A stretch of DNA of 62,847 nucleotides, filler included, from Pirum gemmata (taxonomy: Eukaryota), in the NCBI GenBank assembly GCA_002812295.1. It is 22 parts of 22 records of this genome, joined end to end, with 100 filler letters (N's around TTAATTAATTAA, not from the genome) between each part and the next. Parts side by side here need not be neighbours in the genome. Positions count along the whole stretch, not along the records: positions 1 to 3,351 come from PDIN01005678.1; positions 3,452 to 6,000 come from PDIN01005679.1; positions 6,101 to 8,656 come from PDIN01005680.1; positions 8,757 to 11,261 come from PDIN01005681.1; 18 more parts are not named here. The stretch is one strand, 5' to 3'. Below the pieces are notes generated by a model, which worked only from the letters and a program-made list of their open reading frames with translations, did no database searches and was not told the DNA's origin. Shown here in pieces: positions 1 through 11,261 of this stretch; the first letter of the stretch is position 1, and each line of letters begins with the position of its first letter. A program made the translations under genes and the position numbers.

Positions 1-262
1 AAAAAAAAAAAAAAAAAAAAAAAACAAAACAAAAAAAAAAAGAAAGAAATTAAAAAACTTTCCAAATCATCCAAACATAAAATGCTAGCCAGATTCCACA
101 CAACAATAAACATCAAACCCAAACCAACCAATTATCCAACTAAAGCAAGCAAACTTTGAAAATAACGATAAAATCAATGTTACACAGAACTTCCTTCTGT
201 CTTTCTTAAATTAATACTCTAGAGATTTATTCTTATTATTAATATTATCGTTATAGCTAACG

Positions 263-451
263 CTAATAATCTCTTACTGAGTTTTCAACATTATTGAAAT
301 TATTCATATGACGTTTTAAATATCTGTTACTTTCTCGTTCATGACTTTGTTGAGTTTTAGTATCAGAAAATGTTGCTACACTGGGTTCCACAAAAACATC
401 GAGTATAGAAAGTATACATATTAATAGTAAAAAAAATGTATTCTTCATCAT
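263..451 (-). CDS. Possible small secreted protein or first exon
   Basis: ATG-initiated 62-aa ORF with a signal-peptide-like start (MMKNTFFLLLICILSIL). No homology recognised. Confidence 0.3.
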   Translation of the reverse strand: MMKNTFFLLLICILSILDVFVEPSVATFSDTKTQQSHERESNRYLKRHMNNFNNVENSVRDY

Positions 452-732
452 CTTGGCTAATTATGTTGTTGTTGTTATTATGTTGTTATTATGCTATTAT
501 TATTATTAATTGAGATTAATTAAACCAACTAAATTATATTATTATTTTAGGAAAATAATGCCCCCACTATGAAAGTCAAAATGAAAGACCTAACCGATTG
601 TTATCATGAATGGATTACACTTATCTTTCTTCGTACTTTTGTAGTAGGATAGGAGAACTATTCACGATGTTTGAGATTTTATTTTTTTCTATTTTCCAAA
701 ATTTGGGTTGAAGCCTTGACCTTATTTATACT

Positions 733-768
<36 letters not shown>

Positions 769-1705
769 NTCTAATCTTAAGTCGACGTCTAAACCTAACT
801 CTTTACCCTAACTCTTAACTCTTAACTTTAACTCTAACCCCAACCCCAACCCCAATTTGCGTTCTAACGTACTAAGTTAGATATTTTGTGGAAAGGATCC
901 TACATATTAGATGAACGGGTTTTCTGTAGATATTTATTTAGTTAAAAGTTGATTCCGACAAGTGGTATTTTTAAACTCGAGCCGATGTTGTTTTATAAGC
1001 TCCTAAGAGCACAACTGCAGACTTTAAGAAGATTCTAGCTCGATCTTAGTCATCGGGATTTTTTGTGATCGGACTGGCCTCAGTCGGAGATTCTGCCGCT
1101 GGTTTTCGCGATAAAAATTATTTAAATTGATATACAATGCGACAATATCGTGCGTTGAACAAACAATCTGTTTACCAAGGGCGACATCAGCATTCTCGAT
1201 CGTCGGTAACTCAATTACGATAACTATGGTTTGCTATAGTAGTCAGCGTATAAACAAATTTAAGCTTTCAAAGTTATGTTGTGTTATAGCTAGTCCGCTT
1301 TGTTATGATTCTTCCGCTCTAAGTTTTTAGTATGCTTCTACGTTTTTCTCTCTTGCGTTTTCCGGTTTACTACAACTAAGCCAGTTCCAGATGCAAACAA
1401 AATTTGGTCCTGTTTTTTTAAGTTTTGTTTTTCTTTCTTTTTTCTTTTTTTATATCTTCGATGGATCCGCGGGCGCAATCATTCGCTATCTTTTTTTTTT
1501 TTGGAATTAAAGATTTACTTTTGCTAAAGCTATTTTATATTTATATTTATTATTGTAATTATGGACGAGCTACTTAATAATTACGTAAAATAAAGAACAA
1601 CTATGAGATTATCGTACAATTATATTCTAAATTAAATTTCATATTAAAATTTAAAGTACTAGTAAAAATTAAAATTAAAAAATAAATATAATTGTATTAT
1701 ATATT

Positions 1706-3004
1706 TTAATAATTTTTAAATCTGTACAAAGCCTCTAAAAAGAAATAATCTGCGTATACAATACTAGTGTCCACTTCTCTTTTTTTTCTATAAAAACCCA
1801 TTGCATGTCTTAGTAACCCCAATGTGTTATTATTTTTAACTAAATAATCATCACCACTAAGAGAGAGTAGAATATCTTGCGCTTTATCAAAATACTTGAT
1901 TCCTTTGTCACGAGACATAACATATTTACTTAATTCAACCAACGCTGAAGCAGCAATTGCGCCAGCACTAGAGTCTTTATCACCTAAACTATTGCCATTT
2001 TTATTTTTAAAATCGAAATCCCACAAAGGAACATTATCATCACTTGTTTCGTTTAATTTTTCCAAGAAAAAATCAGCACATCTTTCAGCAGTTTCTAAAA
2101 ATTTAACATTTTTTGTATATTTATACATTGTAGAAAACCCATGCATACACCAGCCTGAACCTCTAGTCCAACTACTTTCATCATGTAAGCCTTGGTAAGT
2201 GCATTTTTTGAGTACCTCGCCATTTTTATTATTAAAATCTACTACATGATAAACAGATCCATCCGAACGGACATGTATGTCAGCTGTTTTAAGAGCATGG
2301 CTAATTGCTATATTTTTTAAAGTTTCATCATTGTTTCGTTCTGCAACCTTGAATAATAATTCCAAGTTCATCATATTATCAATAATAACTGGATAATCAG
2401 CTTGGTAATCAGAATCATCTATGCATCTTTTACCTGGTTGCCAACTTTGAAGTAACCCAACTTTTTCATTATATCTCAAACTTAAAGTGTAAGCTGCTTG
2501 TTCGACAATGTTGTAATACTCTTCATCCATACCACCTAACTCTATACCTTTACCAAAAGAATCATAAATCATGAATCCAATGTCATGTGTATTTTTATTG
2601 TCTTTGTTTTCTTTTAACGGTTCAGTCCATTTTCTAGCGCTTTCTCGGAAAGATTCGTCATTAGTTAGGGCATACAAATACCATAGTGAACCCCCAAAAA
2701 ACCCCGAAGTCCATTTTTTTACTGGTACCGTTAAGGTCCAACTATGAGACTTGCTGCTTTTGTAATTATCTGCAGTAGGAAACTCATTTTTAGGTGTTTT
2801 AATACCAGCTGATCTACTATATTTATGTTGTGCAAATTCGATTATACCGTCGATATTAAGGTAAGTGTTATTATTATTAGTATTATTATTATTAAAGTTT
2901 GAATGTGTTATTGGTGTCCCCAGTACGCTGTTATTATTGATGACAATATTAATAGTTAATAAATAACTAAGAGTTACGATTGATGATGATATGGAAAAGT
3001 TCAT
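1706..3004 (-). CDS. Secreted glycoside hydrolase family 88 (unsaturated glucuronyl hydrolase-like), intronless
   Basis: 432-aa ORF with a signal peptide and GH88 motifs WTSGFFGGSLW, HDIGF, VIIDNMMNLELLF, QG-x5-WTRG, PLWDF, DSSAGAIAASALVEL and YADYFFLEAL. Confidence 0.93.
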   Translation of the reverse strand: MNFSISSSIVTLSYLLTINIVINNNSVLGTPITHSNFNNNNTNNNNTYLNIDGIIEFAQHKYSRSAGIKTPKNEFPTADNYKSSKSHSWTLTVPVKKWTSGFFGGSLWYLYALTNDESFRESARKWTEPLKENKDNKNTHDIGFMIYDSFGKGIELGGMDEEYYNIVEQAAYTLSLRYNEKVGLLQSWQPGKRCIDDSDYQADYPVIIDNMMNLELLFKVAERNNDETLKNIAISHALKTADIHVRSDGSVYHVVDFNNKNGEVLKKCTYQGLHDESSWTRGSGWCMHGFSTMYKYTKNVKFLETAERCADFFLEKLNETSDDNVPLWDFDFKNKNGNSLGDKDSSAGAIAASALVELSKYVMSRDKGIKYFDKAQDILLSLSGDDYLVKNNNTLGLLRHAMGFYRKKREVDTSIVYADYFFLEALYRFKNY

Positions 3005-3351
3005 TATTTTTTTTGTTTTAATAATTAATGTAATGATTATAATGTTATTTTTTATTTTGTTATTTTTTATTTTTTTTAGTATTTTTATTATTTTTATTGT
3101 TATATTCCCTTATAGCAAGCAGGGAACTTTTTTTTTTATGAAAATCGTTATTTTCATTTTATAGAATAGCAGAACCCACATATATATATTACAAATACCA
3201 AGTCGGGTAAAAATTTTGACATCTGCTCAAATATAGTTTTATTCGACACTTTTTTTTCACCAATTTTTTTTATAATATTGTAATAAATAATATTATTATA
3301 TTATTATTGGTATTGGTATTAATATTATGATATATTAGAGTAATTTTATTA

Positions 3352-3451
3352 NNNNNNNNNNNNNNNNNNNNNNNNNNNNNNNNNNNNNNNNNNNNTTAAT
3401 TAATTAANNNNNNNNNNNNNNNNNNNNNNNNNNNNNNNNNNNNNNNNNNNN
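3352..3451. other. Artificial scaffold linker (N-run, TTAATTAATTAA, N-run); first of about 21
   Basis: The same 100-nt spacer with six-frame stops recurs near 6001, 8657, 11262, 13865, 16496, 19107, 21726, 24374, 27046, 29686, 34429, 37880, 40521, 44085, 46729, 49811, 52462, 55105, 57565 and 60206. Confidence 0.97.
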
Positions 3452-3576
3452 GCTCTGGAAATTGCGATGGTGGACATTGTGGTCTTGAATGCACTAAAGG
3501 GAAGGTTGGCCAAATTTGCAATGAAAACAGACACTGTTGTTCTGAAAATTGTGAAAGCGGGAAATGTGCTTGGTAA
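3452..3576 (+). CDS. C-terminus of a Cys-rich (knottin-like) repeat protein, 5' truncated
   Basis: Reads SGNCDGGHCGLECTKGKVGQICNENRHCCSENCESGKCAW-stop, with a repeated CCSxxCxxGxC spacing. Confidence 0.65.
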
Positions 3577-4035
3577 TTAACAAATTCATTCAATCACCAT
3601 GTATAATGGCATCAACAACATGTACTACTGCTCCTAGCTGACATTGTAAAGAAGATAATCATTGTTGCTCGACAGAAATTCGTAAATTTATTGTCGAATT
3701 CACGACGATACGGTTTAATTTTGAAGCAAGAGTTGGTGATATTTCAATTGGAATGTATACTATTACGCTTAACAAAATATAAAATTGTTCATATTATTCT
3801 GCTTATTTAGTTCAAGATAGTAAAGCTAGAATTTTTTTACATCTTTAAAAACTAGACGTTACTTTAATTAAAAACAGATTTCTTTATTAAAAAGTTGAAA
3901 TAAAAGTTGTACAAAAAAAAAAATACATACAAATAAAAAATATAATAATAATTAATATTATTAATTATTAACTACTATTACTACTGCTACTACTACTTCT
4001 TCTTCTTCTTCTACTACTACTACTACTACTACTAT

Positions 4036-4094
<59 letters not shown>

Positions 4095-4299
4095 TAGCTA
4101 CTACTACTGCAACAACGATAACCACTACTACAACCACTCCTACAACCACAACTACAACCACAACTACTATTACAACAACCAACTACAACAACAACAACTA
4201 CTAGTGTAGTTCTAGTGTTATATAGGATGGGTTTTCCCTAATAGTCTACACTTTTCTTTTAATACGGTGTATGCATGTGTACGCCATTGTGTATTAATA

Positions 4300-4453
4300 T
4301 TGTGCTTTTCATTTATTTTGTCACTCTGACTATTTATTTGGTGGGTTATAACATTTAAATTGACATGTCTAAATGAATTAAAAGATTTATATTGTATTAA
4401 TCTGGTACTTTTTGTTGTATGTTTTATGATGACAAAACTACTGAAAAGCACTG
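4300..4453 (+). mobile_element. MITE family A (TA-flanked, Tc1/mariner-type); internally deleted copy
   Basis: TIRs TTGTGCTTTTCA..TTTTGTCA / TGACAAAA..TGAAAAGCACTG with TA on both sides. Confidence 0.8.
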
Positions 4454-4605
4454 TATATTGTATTAATTATAACAATAGTATGTTATGCAATTAATAACAT
4501 CCGTATACACTTTTTTATAAATAATTAAAAAATAAACAATATATATAATTATAATTAGTTATTAATAATTAATGATAATAGTATGTCCTTAAGCTTATAT
4601 TAATA

Positions 4606-4823
4606 TCATGTTTTTCAATAGTGTTGTCCAGTTCAAAAACCGAAATAAACATAGACTACCATGGCCAAATCATTATTAATATTTTATGGTTAAACTATCA
4701 GACATGTTTTAATTAATTTTTGGTATTTTATACTTAATGTTGTTTTTTATAAACAAGTTCAATTATACACTTAAACAGTACCAAAATTAAAGATTGAGAG
4801 GACAATTGAAATGAAATAGACGA
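4606..4823 (+). mobile_element. MITE family B (TA-flanked)
   Basis: TA|TCATGTTTTTCA ... TGAAATAGACGA|TA. Homologous copies at 14534-14666 and 56259-56457; partial copies near 13968-14093, 18588-18720, 23400-23550 and 48370-48500. Confidence 0.78.
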
Positions 4824-4899
4824 TAATATATATAATGGCGAACATTACCACTTTTTTGCTATATATATATATCAATACTATATTACTTTTTTTTCTTTA

Positions 4900-5400
4900 T
4901 TTTTTGAATTTATTCATTTATTAAAAAAGTTCCTGTTTTCCTTTATAAAAAAAGGGAGGAGCAGTAGGTTACAGGTATTATACATTATAGTTGAATTATT
5001 AAAGTCGCAATTAATTTGTTGATTTGTTTCATAATACTTCAGGGTTAACGTTAAGGTTAACGTTAGGGTTAAGGTACACACGTTATATAGAAGTTCAAGT
5101 CACGGAATTGTGGTAAATAAATTCATGCTTGTTAGGGTTAGGGCTCTAGGTTTAGGGTTAGGGTTTAGGGTTAGCTAGGATTAGGATTAGGGTTAGGGTT
5201 AGGGCTAGGGTTAGGGTTAGGATAAGTTTTAATGGTTTGATTGTCACTTGGTTTTGACTTGTTTTACTTTACAAAATGACACCATATAAATATATAGTTC
5301 TTTTGTTGTAGAAATATTGGCTTTTAATAATTAAACTTTGTTCCTAGTATTATATATAACGTTGTAGTGATTGCTGTGGAACTTTGTTGGGAGTTGACTA
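4900..5400 (-). mobile_element. Degenerate repeat, possibly a non-LTR retrotransposon 3' end, interrupted by TTAGGG tracts
   Basis: Shares blocks (tttgttgatttg, tttgattgtc, ttgttgtagaaatattg, actttgttcc) with 55520-56005. The minus strand ends in AATAAA and an A-rich tail. Confidence 0.4.
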
Positions 5401-6310
5401 CTACTAAGAGCTGTTGACTAGAGTATTAATTATTCGGAGGGTTATAATCTTTAAATTGACATTAAATTTTTTAAATAAATATAATCTACTAGGTAGGTAG
5501 TAGCCTCTCAGGTAGTAGCCTAGCTAGACTAGCTAGCTAGCTAGCTACTAGCTAGTAGTAGAGAGCTACAGTAGAGCTACCCACAGTCTAGCTAGCTAAC
5601 TTCACGAGAGCTCGATAATAGTAACGATATTTTGAAATAATTATAAATTTATACTTTGGCTCGATAAAATATTCGAGCCTATATTAGGCATGCTTTTTTT
5701 TGCGCCAAGGACCTCTTAGACACTTCTTAGACTAACTACTCTAGCTAGAGCTCTAGCTAGCTAGTAGCTAGTCTACCCTTACAAAATACATTATGATACC
5801 CTGACCCTTACCCCCACCTTCGCCTTTACACCCTCAGGCTTTACCCCCACCATCACCTTTACCACCCCCACAAAAAAAAACTTTTTTTTTCTTTTTTGAA
5901 CTCCAGAAGGAAGGTGTCTGTGCACAAGATTTTATTATTTATTTAATTTACAAGATTTTATTATTTATTTAATAATTTATTATAAATTTATTTTAAAATA
6001 NNNNNNNNNNNNNNNNNNNNNNNNNNNNNNNNNNNNNNNNNNNNTTAATTAATTAANNNNNNNNNNNNNNNNNNNNNNNNNNNNNNNNNNNNNNNNNNNN
6101 AGATGCATTTAATATATTATTATTATTATTATTATTATATAAAAGCTTTTGAAAAACAATAAGCTAACAAAAAATAAAAAATGAATAAAAGATAAAAAAG
6201 TTAAAAAAAAAACAAAAAACAAAAAAAACAAAAAACAAAACAAAAACAAACAAACAAACAAACAAACAAACAAAACAAAAACAAACAAAAAAAGCAAAAA
6301 AAGCAAAAAA

Positions 6311-6778
6311 ATGAATTTCTCCTTCTCCTTCGCCATTTCTTGCATTATTTTGGGTGCCCAAAGTCACCCTGTAATGATTATGAAAGAAGAAACTATGGGA
6401 AATCACAAAATGTACAATCAAGTTATGATGGATGATATTCCTACTATTAATACTGGCAAGATTAAAAAAATGCATGTCATGAGAAAGAAAATGGAAGAAA
6501 AAGACGGCAAAGCTCACGATATGCTTAAAATGATGATGGATGACGAAATGAATGATGAAACGGATGAAAATGATGATGAGGAAGTCGTCGAGGCTGAAGT
6601 AACTTTAGGTGCAGGGGAACATCTTATGGTATCCGAAATGGGTGATCACGATATGGCTAGTGTAATGATGGATGGTGACATGAAATTAGCTAAAGGTGTT
6701 CATAATATGAATGCTGATATGATGGATCCTAACAAAAAGGACTCACATATTATGATGAATGAAATGATGTCTATTTAA
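6311..6778 (+). CDS. Secreted Met/His/Asp-rich protein, intronless
   Basis: 155-aa ORF with an AAAAAATG start context and a signal peptide. About 28 Met, including MM, MMM and MxxM motifs; coding-like composition. Confidence 0.75.
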   Translation: MNFSFSFAISCIILGAQSHPVMIMKEETMGNHKMYNQVMMDDIPTINTGKIKKMHVMRKKMEEKDGKAHDMLKMMMDDEMNDETDENDDEEVVEAEVTLGAGEHLMVSEMGDHDMASVMMDGDMKLAKGVHNMNADMMDPNKKDSHIMMNEMMSI

Positions 6779-8015
6779 TTATCAATTAATATTTTAATAT
6801 TTTAATTATTAATTAATAATATATTTTCTAATGTAATTATTATATGACACTGTAATGATATAATATATGTATAATAATATTATACAATTATTTTTAAAAT
6901 ATTCTTATTGATAAAAAGAAAATAAATATGAATGACAAAGTATATTATTATTATTATTATGATTATTATTATTATTTATTATTATTATTGCCAGGGTGCT
7001 AGGCCAGGGTGATGTACAGCGAGTCATTTTTAAATTAAAGCATTGCTTTTCAATAAATAGCAAGCCACAGCCGCAGTGGAAAATGAAAATTTGAGGGGTG
7101 TCACCCTTCCTCAGCTATCATAACTAGTATGGATAGACTAGACTAGCTAGCTATGGCGTGTCAAAGAATTGGTAGTAATGAAAATGTAATTAATTAATAA
7201 GTTAATTCTAATTAATAACTAATGAAACTTTATTGAAAACATTGCTCGAAACCTGGAATGAAATATTTTAAAGTTCCACGATTATGACAGGGGGGGGGGG
7301 GAGTACAACTTCCCTTATATATGGTTTTAAAGAAAGGGTGTATCGAATTCGGGGCGATAGAGAGGTTTATTATATGTCGTCTGCTTGGATTCCCTTTCAG
7401 TTGGTGGCAAAAACAGTAATGAAAGATTTGGCGAAAGAGATTTTAATTAAGAAGAGAAGAAAACAAAAAAGAGTCGAAAGAGAGAAAAATGAAGCATCAA
7501 GACGTATTGTTCGATACGATTTTGTTCCAGATTTCGTTCAGACTGTCTTAAACATTTCTAGACATTGAATGTAAATACAGACTATTAATAGTGATCATTG
7601 AAAACCTTCAGAATAAAAGAAATTTACGTAGTTGTTGATTGAATTGCTTAATTAAAAATAATAAAATACAATACAAAATTTATTGCATATAAGGTGTTTT
7701 GATAAAGGATGTGGCCGTGGTTTATAATTGTTAATTTAATAGTATGGTATATAATAAAGTTATGTTATGTTAATTAATATGATTGTGCACAATGCATTTG
7801 AAAAATATGACCCATGCATGATATCACAAATCAGTTGAACTCTCTTGAAGATGATTTTGTTTTTGTTGTGCGCAAACTGAATCCTTTGAACCGATAGTGA
7901 AGTTGATGAAGGTGATGAAGGTTTGTAGTATTATTTATTACAAATCTCCCTAGAAAGAGCATCTATAAACCTACAAATTTGTATTTTTCGAATTCCCAAA
8001 CGAATTTTTTCTTAT

Positions 8016-8139
8016 TTCAAGTTTTTTCTATGCAATTTCTAAGAACTTTTTTAGAATAGAAACCAAAAGTGAGTCAATACTTAAAATTAGATCGAAAAAT
8101 TTCGAAGGTTTCAAACTAATGGTTTTTCCCGCATCTCCC
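8016..8139. mobile_element. Partial GGGAGATGCGGG-TIR MITE (family C)
   Basis: Matches 34779-35009 and 48900-49086; ends in ttttcccgcatctccc|tag. Confidence 0.65.
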
Positions 8140-8346
8140 TAGAGAGAGCATCTATAGACCTAAAATTTTGGATTCTTCGAATTCTAATAGGGAAGAATGT
8201 GAAGTTTTGCAATTTTTCACATTATTATTATTATTATTATTATTATAATCATTATCATTATCGTTATCGTTATCATTATCATTGTTATAGATATTGCTAT
8301 TGCTATTGTTATTGTTATTGTTATTGTTATTGCTTTAAAATGCCAG

Positions 8347-8543
8347 TTATTGTTTATATTGTATTTTGGTCATTATATTCTTAATGGAATATACAATTCT
8401 TTTGGCATCTTCGTCAGTTTTTGTTTCGAATTCGAACTCTTTTGTAAATTCAGACCGAGCCTCGTCGATTTTGCCCAACCCTTCTTCCTCGTAATGCTTA
8501 GAGAGACTTCCTTTTCTTTTATGATGTCCAGAATGTCCAGTGC
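8347..8543 (-). CDS. Terminal exon of an unknown protein; the end resembles a PH-domain last strand and helix (SIN1-like, weak)
   Basis: Acceptor aacag, then TGHSGHHKRKGSLSK...KEFEFETKTDEDAKRIVYSIKNIMTKIQYKQ-stop. A second frame is also open, so the frame is uncertain. Confidence 0.4.
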
Positions 8544-8580
8544 CTGTTATATTGATATTTATTATTTATTTATTTATTAT

Positions 8581-8616
<36 letters not shown>

Positions 8617-8756
8617 TATAATTTTATTATTTATTATTTAATATTATTATTAATATNNNNNNNNNNNNNNNNNNNNNNNNNNNNNNNNNNNNNNNNNNNN
8701 TTAATTAATTAANNNNNNNNNNNNNNNNNNNNNNNNNNNNNNNNNNNNNNNNNNNN

Positions 8757-8789
<33 letters not shown>

Positions 8790-9649
8790 GTTTACAACGT
8801 ACTGCTATTATTTTAGTTATTTTTTGTTGTTGTTGATGTTGATGTTGTATTTATTTTTTCCTGCAGGCTTTTCCTGACGCTAAATAATATAAAAATTGCT
8901 GAAATCTCAAGAGAGAATAATAAAAAATAATAAAAACAGAGAATGTTAAAAAGAGAGATTATTAAAAAGAGAAAAACAGAGAGTTGGTTGACTTAACAAT
9001 TGTATGTATAAGACAATTTTGTTTTGTTTTGTTTTGTTATTGTTTGTTTTATTCGTTTTATTATAGTTACGGGGAATGTGCTGTGTTTTGGGTCTCGTTT
9101 TTTCAAACTAAAAAAAGTCCAAAATAAGGAGTAGCAGCAGCTTTATATATAAAAAACTAAAACTAAAATTGTGAATGGTTTTTATTATCAAAATTTTTCC
9201 CACCTGATTTTATATTAAATTGTGATTAAAATTTTACCCACCTGGTTTTTATATTAAATTGTGATTAAAATTTTACCCACTCAATTTTACATTAAAGTTT
9301 TGAACGGTTTAGTTTTTATTATAAAAATTCTACCCACAAGAGTCCCACTAACTCTTGTATTAAATTGTGAATGGTTTGATTTTTATTATTAAAAGTCTAT
9401 CCACTAACTTTTTATCAACTTGTTACCGGTTTGATTGTAAGTATCAAGATTTACCCACTTATTTTTATACCAGAGNNNNNNNNNNAAAAAAAAAAAAAAA
9501 CTGAAAATTCGTTTTTAATTCAATTAGAATAATAATAAAAATAATAATTTTATAGTATTTTTTATTTTGTCTTTTATTTATTTTTATACATTTACTATTT
9601 ATTTATTTTTATTTATTTTTATTTATTTATTTTTATTTTTTTATTTTTA

Positions 9650-11120
9650 TTATTGTTTTATTATTGGTCTAATTCGTTTGCTAATTTATTTAACACATAG
9701 ATTGTCAAATCAACATTTCTAATAATAGTCGATTGACTTAGAACAGCCATTCTGATCATTTCCTTTTATTTTATCTTGTTTATTATTTTATTATTTTATT
9801 ATTGTTTTAGTATTTTTATTATATTTTTATTTTTGGTCTTATTTGTTTACTACTTCGTTTATCACATTGATTGTCAAAACAACATCTTCAATGTGACTTG
9901 ATTGGTTTAAAATAGCCATTCTGGTATATAATAGCAATAACTTTCATAGTATTGCTTATTTTATCTTTTTATTTATTATTTATTTTTATTTTGTTTTTAT
10001 AATTGGTCTAAATTGTTTACCAATTCATTTAAAATACATAGATTATCAAATTAACCTCTTTAATGTGACTGGATTGACTTAGAATAGCCATACTGGTAAA
10101 TAATAATAATAATTTTCATAATATTTCTTATTTTATCTTTTATTTATTATTATTATTGTTTATATGTATATATAATTGGTCTAAACTGTTTACTAATTTG
10201 TTTACCACGTAGATTGTCAAAACAACTTCTGCAACGTGACTTGATTGGTTTAAAATAGCCATTCTGGTATATAATAATAATTTTCATAGTATTTCTTATT
10301 TGTCCTTTATTTATTGTTATTTATTTTTATATTGTTTTTATAATTGGTCTAAATTGTTTGCTAATTCGTTTAATACATCGATTATCAAATAAACATCTTT
10401 ATTGTAACTGGATTGACTTAGAATAGCCATTCTGGTAAATAATAATAATAATTTTCATAGTATTTCTTATTTTATCTTTTATTTATTATTATTATTATTA
10501 TTATATCTATATATAATAGGTCTAAACTGTTTACTAATTCGTTTAACACGTAGATTGTCAAAACAACATCTGCAGTGTGACTTGATTGGTTTAAAATAGC
10601 CATTCTGGTTGGTATATAATAATAATTTTCATAGTACTTCTTATTTTATCTTTATTTATTATTTATTTTTATATTGTTTTTATCATTGGTCTAAATTGTT
10701 TACTAACTCGTTTAATACATTGATTATCAAATAAACATCTTCAATGTGACTGAATTGACTTAGAATAGACATTCTGGTAAATAATAATAATGATAATTTT
10801 CATAGTATTTCTTATTTTATTTTTTATTTATTATTATTATTTATATAAATATATAATTGGTATAAACTGTTTACTAATTCGTTTAACATGTAGATTGGCA
10901 AAACAACATCTGCAATGTGACTTGATTGGTTTAAAATAGCCATTCTGGTATATAATAATAATTTTTATAGAATTTCTTATTTTACCTTTTATTATTTATT
11001 ATTTATTATTATTTTGTTTTTATAATTGGTCTAAATTGTTTATTAATTCGTTTAACACATCGATTGTCAAATCAATATCTTCAATGTGACTGGATTGACT
11101 TAGAATAGCCATTCTGATCA
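9650..11120 (-). repeat. Tandem array of 9 units of about 170 bp derived from the decarboxylase 3' end
   Basis: The gccattctg anchor occurs at 9746, 9915, 10087, 10258, 10426, 10599, 10768, 10939 and 11108, with two alternating unit types. Confidence 0.92.
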
Positions 11121-11261
11121 TTACTTTGTTAGAAATCGTGGTACTAGACATAAACACTCTTCCGTCTGTTCTTATCATTTCCACTAAGTTTAAGTTAATT
11201 AAATTAATACTTTCCTTATTAATATCAATATTACTATTACTATTATTATTATTATTATTAT
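11020..11261 (-). CDS. C-terminus of a group II PLP-dependent amino-acid decarboxylase (5' truncated)
   Basis: Reads NLINLNLVEMIRTDGRVFMSSTTISNKVMIRMAILSQSSHIEDIDLTIDVLNELINNLDQL-stop. This is the typical small-domain GRVFxSST...IRxA...H/TxEDID signature. Confidence 0.8.

Noticed and set aside
900..1420. GC-richer coding-like block (also 45870-46240)
   Set aside because: Frames are broken by stops and no family is recognised; probably a decayed element.
3396..3407. Recurring TTAATTAATTAA between N-runs as a biological motif
   Set aside because: It is an assembly linker with stops in all frames. Gene neighbourhoods across linkers are therefore meaningless.
3961..4182. Poly-V/I/T/L/F ORFs in the ORF track (here and at 17260, 19159, 21411, 25930, 28970, 36895, 41279, 50913, 52132, 60942 and others)
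   Set aside because: They are translations of microsatellites or antisense frames of real exons.
7284..7568. 94-aa ORF as a gene
   Set aside because: No recognisable motif; it starts across a G homopolymer in a TE-rich context.
9650..11120. CRISPR array or DGR template/variable repeat pair (also considered for the WDR13 array)
   Set aside because: The intervening sequences are homologous UTR rather than spacers, substitutions are not confined to adenines, and no reverse transcriptase is linked.
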